Shown in pieces: positions 58,320 through 64,000 of a stretch of 64,000 nucleotides of DNA (within the stretch, counting starts at the first letter, position 1; every line of letters starts with the position of its first letter). Source of the DNA: a virus (lineage: Duplodnaviria; Caudoviricetes); IMG/VR virus record IMGVR_UViG_3300002301_000013, positions 1-64,000 of that record; one strand, written 5' to 3'. Below the pieces are notes generated by a model. That model made no database searches and was not told where the DNA came from. It saw only the letters and a program-made list of their open reading frames with translations. The translations under genes and the position numbers were made by a program.

Positions 58320-58965
58320 CATCTTTTTTGATCCGTACATAATGCAGGCGAGTCTGGTTATTGTCATCATGCTTATGAACACGGGCTGTCAAATTAATGA
58401 CAGTTCCACGCTCCAATTTCTCGCTAAGAGGAAAACATACGAGACAATTGGCAGCGGTAGTGATAGCAGTATGATACCACTTGTTATAATTGGCACTATA
58501 CACCGCCGATTTAACGGTAACTTCTTCAAGAATATTGTCACCAATCTGACCAATATGGCGGCTATTTTCTGCCATAATACGAATTTCATCCTGTGCTTTT
58601 TCACGCCCGACAGCGTTGGCATAGGAGTTTGGAACACTGGCAACCAGTGCCAAGGTCTTAAAATCCTTTTTGTTAATCTGCTTTTGTTCGGTCAACAGAA
58701 CCAAATTTCTCCAATAATCATGAAGAGTGCCAGCAACAAGTTCAATCATCTTGCTATCAAGATAATCAAGAATTTCATCAGCAACGATGTCATCTTGTGG
58801 CAAAGTGGTAAAATTTACCATCTCTGGATTGAGAAATTCACGCATAAGAACGCCATTTGCCAATTCACCTTCTTTGGCATCATAACGCTTGATATACTTG
58901 CCGTTAATGCGCTGAGCAGCTACTGCGGCAGACATGGCATCTTTGAGAGAAATGGTATCAGTCAT
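58315..58965 (-). CDS. Hypothetical protein with possible C-terminal OB fold
   Basis: ATG at 58965 overlaps the stop of the ArfA-like ORF. C-terminal SRHIGQIG...VTV...TARVHKH...TRLHYV. Confidence 0.7.
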   Translation of the reverse strand: MTDTISLKDAMSAAVAAQRINGKYIKRYDAKEGELANGVLMREFLNPEMVNFTTLPQDDIVADEILDYLDSKMIELVAGTLHDYWRNLVLLTEQKQINKKDFKTLALVASVPNSYANAVGREKAQDEIRIMAENSRHIGQIGDNILEEVTVKSAVYSANYNKWYHTAITTAANCLVCFPLSEKLERGTVINLTARVHKHDDNNQTRLHYVRIKKDA

Positions 58966-59077
58966 TGCTAGTTTCCTTTTGCTTCTTACGATTATAACTG
59001 CCTTTGCCTTTTTTGGCAAGAACTATTCGCTGACGATACAGCGGTTTCGCTAATTCTCTTGCTTCTGCGCTGCGCAT
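58958..59077 (-). CDS. arfA: ArfA-like alternative ribosome rescue factor, 39 aa (not in the ORF track)
   Basis: MRSAEARELAKPLYRQRIVLAKKGKGSYNRKKQKETSND. GGAGA RBS 6 nt upstream and its own early promoter. The core matches recalled ArfA PLFRQRV..KKGKGSY.RK. Confidence 0.7.
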   Translation of the reverse strand: MRSAEARELAKPLYRQRIVLAKKGKGSYNRKKQKETSND

Positions 59078-59103
59078 TGCCTTTCTCCATTGCTTATATT
59101 TTG

Positions 59104-59132
59104 AATATAACATGGATTATATATCTGTCAAG
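59104..59132 (-). promoter_or_regulatory. Early promoter CTTGACA-16-TATATT of the ArfA-like gene
   Basis: -35 at 59126-59131 and -10 at 59104-59109. Confidence 0.8.
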
Positions 59133-59712
59133 AGTTATTTTTTGTTAAAGTATAATAAATTTTCATACCATTTTCCATATACGGCATAAAGTTATTTCTA
59201 GAAATCCATTCTTGAAATTTATTTTCGTCATATAAAATTCCAAGTTCATTAAACAAATTAAGTCTATAATTAATATCGTTTATAAAATCATATAATTCAC
59301 ATGATATAATTTTATCATCGTTGATAGCGGTCGTCCAAATATTGTTATTTTTAAGAAATAGATTTATTAAAAAATCTATAAATGAATTTTCGTAAAACCC
59401 ATCTTTATTGCAGGATAACCGCAACGATAGCCATACTTTGCTTTCTGGTTTTATCTGGCTTATATAAATTATCTTGTATATATTGTCATCAGTTAAGAAT
59501 ATAGAAGGATGATTATGTGTGCCATACCATAAATTATTGTTTGATAATTGTTCAACTTTTCTATTAAATTCTTCTATGTTTTTTATTTTAAGTTCTTTAT
59601 GCGTTGGACTATCAACTGCATTTGTATTATAAAAATTTAATGGCTCGTTGTTCAAGAGTGTACATAAGATGCCACCGCATCCATTGTCGGAAAAAGAAAC
59701 AATGTTTGTCAT
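59128..59712 (-). CDS. AT-rich hypothetical protein
   Basis: 194 aa, about 20% GC in a sampled line. Confidence 0.6.
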   Translation of the reverse strand: MTNIVSFSDNGCGGILCTLLNNEPLNFYNTNAVDSPTHKELKIKNIEEFNRKVEQLSNNNLWYGTHNHPSIFLTDDNIYKIIYISQIKPESKVWLSLRLSCNKDGFYENSFIDFLINLFLKNNNIWTTAINDDKIISCELYDFINDINYRLNLFNELGILYDENKFQEWISRNNFMPYMENGMKIYYTLTKNNS

Positions 59713-59724
59713 TTTATATTTACA

Positions 59725-60105
59725 TCATGACATATTTTTAATAGCTTGTCCTAGATTTCCGTCGCATAGTTCTAGCATCATTCCAAGTTCGCTATCCATT
59801 AAGAATAACTCGCCTTTGCTCATTTGATAAAACCAAGGTGAATTATGAAAGCGATCCATGAGAACTAATTCTTGACCGTTTATCTGATACTTTTTTCTAT
59901 CAATATTATGTTGATGAAATTTATAACCAGCGTTGCGCATTAGATCAAATGCTGTATTATTAAGTCTAAAACCAAAGTTCTTATTGTTATTATACCAATA
60001 AAGAATAAAGATATTTTTCTGATTTATATGTGGAATGAACGCATCTTCGCCATGTGCTAAATGATATAATTCATGCGTCCATTCGGTTTTTGACTTTTGT
60101 GTCAT
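59725..60105 (-). CDS. Hypothetical protein
   Basis: 126 aa, ATGA overlap with the upstream gene. Confidence 0.65.
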   Translation of the reverse strand: MTQKSKTEWTHELYHLAHGEDAFIPHINQKNIFILYWYNNNKNFGFRLNNTAFDLMRNAGYKFHQHNIDRKKYQINGQELVLMDRFHNSPWFYQMSKGELFLMDSELGMMLELCDGNLGQAIKNMS

Positions 60106-60395
60106 TTTGTAGGATAAACAGCAGCGCCACTGTTTAATAACACGACACTAAAACGAGTTGTTTTGAATTGCGTGTTAAGTTTTTTGCAAAGGTTGATTGC
60201 ATGACCTGGATTTGAGAAACTGCTTTTCTTATATTTTGGTCCACCATATTGTGCCAACATAGAAGTAGTTTTAAGATTTACAGGTTTATTATCCAAGAAA
60301 ATTGCCCAAATACCTTCGCTAGCCAAAACTTGTTCTGACTTATATGTTTGTTTATTAGTTATTTCTAATAATACTTGAGGCTTTGGTCTTGACAT
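60102..60395 (-). CDS. Conserved phage hypothetical protein
   Basis: MSRPKP...SEGIWA...KYKKSSFSNPGHA. CTAAATA upstream (60415-60421). Confidence 0.75.
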   Translation of the reverse strand: MSRPKPQVLLEITNKQTYKSEQVLASEGIWAIFLDNKPVNLKTTSMLAQYGGPKYKKSSFSNPGHAINLCKKLNTQFKTTRFSVVLLNSGAAVYPTK

Positions 60396-60437
60396 AATTG
60401 AATATTCGCTAAATTATTTAGTCTGTTAAAAACAGGC

Positions 60438-60662
60438 TTAAAATTTATCTCCAATCAATTCTATTTCAAGAACGCTAGAATTTGCCAAATTTTCTTCTAA
60501 TTCTGCATTCTTGTTTTCAAGTTGCAAAACATAAGCCAGAACATCAGTAAGTTCTCTCGTAACATTGGCAATAGTTTCTTTATCAAACACTAATCCATTG
60601 CCAACAACATTTTGACCGCGATTGATAAATTCTCTAATATGATGGGTATTAGGCGGTCTCAT
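60438..60662 (-). CDS. Hypothetical coiled-coil protein
   Basis: 74 aa, overlapping the upstream gene. Confidence 0.6.
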   Translation of the reverse strand: MRPPNTHHIREFINRGQNVVGNGLVFDKETIANVTRELTDVLAYVLQLENKNAELEENLANSSVLEIELIGDKF

Positions 60663-61128
60663 TGTTCATGATCCTTAGTCGTTCTTGCTGTTCTAGCTTG
60701 GTCTTAAACGGACCTTCATACTCATAGCGTTGAAGTGTAATCAACTTTGGAGTAAATTCTGGAACATAAGTCTTGTTATATTTTATGGCATAATAACCAG
60801 CACAGAAATAAGAACTGCTCTTATCATTCTTAGTATAAATTGGAAGTTTAAGCTTTACATTCCATAGAATATTATGCGGCGTATGATTAGTAGGAAAATC
60901 ATATACAGTATTTTCAACTGAGGGTTTTGCTTCACGAGAGCGACGAACAAATGTAATTCCTTTTTCAGCAACCATTTGCTGCATATCTGGAAATACTTCT
61001 ACACTATCATCAACAGTGCAGCGAACGCCACTCGTGGTTTGCGCAATGTTTCCAATGCGTTCACCCTTATCGTTTTCAATAACCCAAAAACGATTTTCTA
61101 CAATATTTTTAGCCTTGAGTTTTGTCAT
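60649..61128 (-). CDS. Conserved phage hypothetical protein
   Basis: ATG at 61128 after GGAAAGG. LKAKNIVENRFW and SYFCAGYY...YEGPFKT segments. Confidence 0.7.
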   Translation of the reverse strand: MTKLKAKNIVENRFWVIENDKGERIGNIAQTTSGVRCTVDDSVEVFPDMQQMVAEKGITFVRRSREAKPSVENTVYDFPTNHTPHNILWNVKLKLPIYTKNDKSSSYFCAGYYAIKYNKTYVPEFTPKLITLQRYEYEGPFKTKLEQQERLRIMNNETA

Positions 61129-61321
61129 CTTTGACCTTTCCTTCAATCATATCCATAAGTGAATTATATTCACTCCGAACTTCAATGAATGATGCCCATC
61201 CAATAGCGGCAACAATATCCATTAAAACACGGTCGTGATCTACATTCCAGTATTCATAAATTTCAAATAAAAATACAGTAAGAATTGCCCATGGAAAGTA
61301 TTTTACAAAAAAATTACGCAT
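61109..61321 (-). CDS. Small membrane protein
   Basis: 70 aa with two hydrophobic segments. Confidence 0.55.
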   Translation of the reverse strand: MRNFFVKYFPWAILTVFLFEIYEYWNVDHDRVLMDIVAAIGWASFIEVRSEYNSLMDMIEGKVKDDKTQG

Positions 61322-62315
61322 GTGTGGTATCCTTTACAAGTGGTTTGCTAAGAATTTCAGCAAGTGGTTGTACATTTTCACTAAGACGAACTAGTTCATA
61401 TTTGCCACAGAACTTCATAAGATGCGTACCAATCTGTGACTTAGACTTAGGCTCAATTGCAAGCAATGCCTCATCAATCGCATTGCGAATATCTTCGGGC
61501 TGAGCAGTCAAATCAACTAGAACACGGTTTTCTTCATAACGGTCAAGCACACGATGCTCTACGCCATTATGGTCAACCCAACGCTGCAACATCATATTAT
61601 TCCAAGCCCAACCACGCTTATCGCGGTCAGCATAAGCCTCAACGAGACCAACCTTCTTGGTACTGCCCTTGGTACGAACACCAGGATATGCAGTCATAAT
61701 ATGGTCAGTAGGATCGCCACGCATGCACTTCTCAAAAAGCACAAACTTAGGATCGCCAATTGTCTTGAGTTCATTAGTCTTTTTATCCTTAACTGGCTTG
61801 CCATTATCATCATAGAAGCCAGTGGTTGTAATATAATTGTTGCTCAAACCATTATAAATGGTTACCTTGTCACTGAGCAACTGATGAAAGTCACTATCAT
61901 TGGATAGGATAATATGTTCATCATTAGGATGCAGCGCAGTCCAACGGGCAATAATATCATCTGCATCTGCATGTTCAACTTTGATGATGCTACAATTAGA
62001 ACGATCATTAATCCAGTTAGTGAACTCTGAATAAACTGCCCAGAACTCTTTATCTTCTTCTGCTTCACGTACAGACATCTTGGCTTTAATATCAGCACGA
62101 TTTGCTTTATATGTGCCAGTATGGTCCTTGCGCCATGAACGACTTTCAAGGGCAAAGATAACATGATCTGGCTTATACTGACGCTGCATCTTCATGATCG
62201 CATTGAACATGATATGCAACGCCAGACCAATCTTTTGCCAAGTGTCAGCGCCACGGGGAGTACTATGGCGAGCACGGGCAAACAGGTTCGCTGTGTCTAC
62301 AAGAAGATATTTCAT
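61314..62315 (-). CDS. rnh: T4-type RNase H / 5'-3' exonuclease (FEN-like)
   Basis: LLVD..N, SWRK, ADADDII, SNDSDFHQL and RGDPTDHI..PG motifs. Confidence 0.88.
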   Translation of the reverse strand: MKYLLVDTANLFARARHSTPRGADTWQKIGLALHIMFNAIMKMQRQYKPDHVIFALESRSWRKDHTGTYKANRADIKAKMSVREAEEDKEFWAVYSEFTNWINDRSNCSIIKVEHADADDIIARWTALHPNDEHIILSNDSDFHQLLSDKVTIYNGLSNNYITTTGFYDDNGKPVKDKKTNELKTIGDPKFVLFEKCMRGDPTDHIMTAYPGVRTKGSTKKVGLVEAYADRDKRGWAWNNMMLQRWVDHNGVEHRVLDRYEENRVLVDLTAQPEDIRNAIDEALLAIEPKSKSQIGTHLMKFCGKYELVRLSENVQPLAEILSKPLVKDTTHA

Positions 62316-62321
62316 GATATT

Positions 62322-62350
62322 AATATAATCTCTTATTATGGATTTGTCAA
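62322..62350 (-). promoter_or_regulatory. Sigma70-type promoter TTGACA-17-TATATT, probably leaderless for rnh
   Basis: -35 at 62345-62350, -10 at 62322-62327, ATG A at 62315. Confidence 0.65.
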
Positions 62351-62354
62351 GAGT

Positions 62355-62813
62355 TTATTTAAATTCGCTGCGACCATCGCCTAAATCGGTTCTGGTTACA
62401 TAGCGGGTGTTATCCATATTAGGTGGATTTTGCGCATTGGAATTAATAATATTGCGGGCTACATCATTGAGCCAAGCATCTACTAGGTCTTCGGGATTAA
62501 CACCGCGATAACCGCTTTGGCGCAGCATTGCAATAAACTCTGCATTCCAATCTAATTCCATGCTACCCATACTTGGGTTTTTTGGATCAAAGTCAAATCC
62601 AAGAACAGATACACGAGGTTCTTCTGATTTTTTTTCTTCTACTTTAGGTTCCTCAACAACCTTTTTAACTCGTGGTTTACGAGGTTTCTTAGGTTTTGGC
62701 TCTACGATAGGTTGAGTAGATACCAATGGCGTATCAACTTCTGCAATCACAGCAGAAACATCAGCATCATTAATCTTTGTTGATTTACCAAATAGTTTGT
62801 TGAGGAATCCCAT
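62355..62813 (-). CDS. Conserved phage hypothetical protein
   Basis: Lys/Pro-rich linker followed by ELDWNAEFI..L...GY. Confidence 0.7.
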   Translation of the reverse strand: MGFLNKLFGKSTKINDADVSAVIAEVDTPLVSTQPIVEPKPKKPRKPRVKKVVEEPKVEEKKSEEPRVSVLGFDFDPKNPSMGSMELDWNAEFIAMLRQSGYRGVNPEDLVDAWLNDVARNIINSNAQNPPNMDNTRYVTRTDLGDGRSEFK

Positions 62814-62822
62814 AATATTACC

Positions 62823-63119
62823 TTATTGTTGCCAGCACTGGCGTTGACGACCTACAAAATTGCCCCATGCATCATACACGGGAACCATGCGGCAGAATGT
62901 TTGTGGTTGATATTGCTGATACTGTTGCTGATTTTGTTCAGCCATGCTGCCCAAAATTCCGCCAACGATCAGTCCACCGACCAATGGCGCAACCCAATTT
63001 CCACCACCACCACCGCCACGATATTCACGGTGTCCATAACGACGCCAATCATCGGCATGTGCTGTCGTTGCGGAAACTAATGTAAGGGATGTAAGTAGGA
63101 TAGCTAGGGTCTTGCGCAT
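62823..63119 (-). CDS. Small secreted protein with signal peptide
   Basis: MRKTLAILLTSLTLVSATTAHA-D (AxA site), Gly-zipper-like segment and two C-terminal Cys. Confidence 0.7.
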   Translation of the reverse strand: MRKTLAILLTSLTLVSATTAHADDWRRYGHREYRGGGGGGNWVAPLVGGLIVGGILGSMAEQNQQQYQQYQPQTFCRMVPVYDAWGNFVGRQRQCWQQ

Positions 63120-63125
63120 GGTGGT

Positions 63126-63173
63126 TCTCCAATTGACTATAATCAATATAACATATTTATTGGTCTTGTCAAG
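63126..63173 (-). promoter_or_regulatory. Early promoter with conserved leader; TAAATA embedded in the spacer
   Basis: -35 at 63167-63172, -10 at 63145-63150, leader TATAGTCAATTGGAGA. Confidence 0.85.
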
Positions 63174-63176
63174 GGG

Positions 63177-63422
63177 TTAATTTAATCTATTACGGTGTTT
63201 TTCTTCATATTCTGCGATAACTTGAAGAGCATCCGTAGTTAAAACGGCAACTCCATCATGCATATCTTCGTCAACTGGTATCTCGGCGTCCAAATATTCA
63301 TATATTTCAGAGACTGGGATTTCTGTCCTACCCAATAGGGTTTGATCCCTAATATATTTCAGGATAAGATATTCAATTTCTTCTTCTGTTAAATCAAGTT
63401 CAAGTTCAGGGTCTAGTTCCAT
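63177..63422 (-). CDS. Hypothetical acidic protein
   Basis: 81 aa, overlapping the upstream gene. Confidence 0.6.
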   Translation of the reverse strand: MELDPELELDLTEEEIEYLILKYIRDQTLLGRTEIPVSEIYEYLDAEIPVDEDMHDGVAVLTTDALQVIAEYEEKHRNRLN

Positions 63423-63669
63423 TTTGTTCCTCGTGAGTCATTGATAGCAGAACTATATAATGGTTCCATGCTTCTGCAAGTGCTGGATGCTGTTGTTGAA
63501 GTTTTACCTGATCACGCCACGGAACCCTAAAAAATGCATCATCAGGATCAATATTTCCCATCGTCAAAAAATCTTTTATTTTTTCAACACGGTTAAATTC
63601 AAATTCTCGCCAACCAGCACTATCACGAGGGATTACGCGACCTGTGTCGTATTCAAAATCTTCGTCCAT
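63406..63669 (-). CDS. Hypothetical protein
   Basis: 87 aa; C-terminal HPALAEAW..Y..L segment. Confidence 0.65.
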   Translation of the reverse strand: MDEDFEYDTGRVIPRDSAGWREFEFNRVEKIKDFLTMGNIDPDDAFFRVPWRDQVKLQQQHPALAEAWNHYIVLLSMTHEEQNGTRP

Positions 63670-63980
63670 TATCTGCTGCTTATAATGTATTGAACGATGA
63701 CTTCACTTAACCGCTCACCTAAATTTTCACCATCATTGATGACATGAAGTTCATTGAACAAACGATCCTTATGATTGTCATAACGATGAAACTCTACAAT
63801 ATATCCACCATTGGCAACATGAAGTTTCATATTGATACCATCAGCACCAATTCTATCTGGACCGCCTTTTCCTATCGTTTTGGGACTTGCATCCATGTAT
63901 ATCAAGTTTTGCTGTTCTGGTTGTGATGCTTCCCAAGCCTTCTTCGCTTGTTTTTGAAACCATTTATCAAACCATTTCAT
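63669..63980 (-). CDS. Conserved phage hypothetical protein
   Basis: MKWFDKW...HVANGGYIVEF...LHVI. GAAAGG RBS. Confidence 0.7.
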   Translation of the reverse strand: MKWFDKWFQKQAKKAWEASQPEQQNLIYMDASPKTIGKGGPDRIGADGINMKLHVANGGYIVEFHRYDNHKDRLFNELHVINDGENLGERLSEVIVQYIISSR

Positions 63981-64000
63981 TGGAACTGCCTTTCAATATC

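Noticed and set aside
57311-58971. Long + strand ORFs 57311-57919 and 58312-58971
   Set aside because: They are antisense to genes with clear promoters and RBSs, and have no start signals or motifs of their own.
1-64000. Stop-codon reassignment as seen in some large phages
   Set aside because: Genes are full length and densely packed under code 11, and TGA/TAA end genes at coupled junctions.
1-64000. tRNA/rRNA genes, introns, inteins, homing endonucleases, integrases
   Set aside because: Intergenic gaps are too short and no cloverleaf, splice-junction, LAGLIDADG/HNH/GIY-YIG or recombinase motifs were recognised by eye. A covariance-model scan was not run.

Overview
A 64 kb segment of a large, T4-superfamily-type contractile-tailed phage genome, decoded with the standard code 11. 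Small-protein and promoter features weakly suggest an alphaproteobacterial host. Left part (+ strand, 1-35.5 kb): baseplate hub-like gene, gp5-like spike, gp25- and gp6-like wedge genes, a giant structural gene and several tail fibres, with a Gly-rich/2OG-oxygenase cassette among the fibres. The giant gene is about 5,100 aa and is split by what looks like an Illumina adapter remnant. Middle (35.5-51 kb): a sugar-modification island of four glycosyltransferase-like genes, six tandem radical SAM genes, a DegT-type aminotransferase and an NDP-sugar epimerase/dehydratase, abutting thyA and folA. Right part (- strand): MoxR ATPase and zincin-vWA partner, an ArfA-like 39-aa gene missed by the ORF track, T4-type RNase H and small early genes behind a repeated sigma70-type promoter. 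Best leads: the radical SAM/glycosyltransferase island, a Tae2-like (T6SS amidase effector) domain fused in the gp5 spike, and the ArfA-like ribosome-rescue gene. All family assignments are from recalled motifs; no database searches were run.
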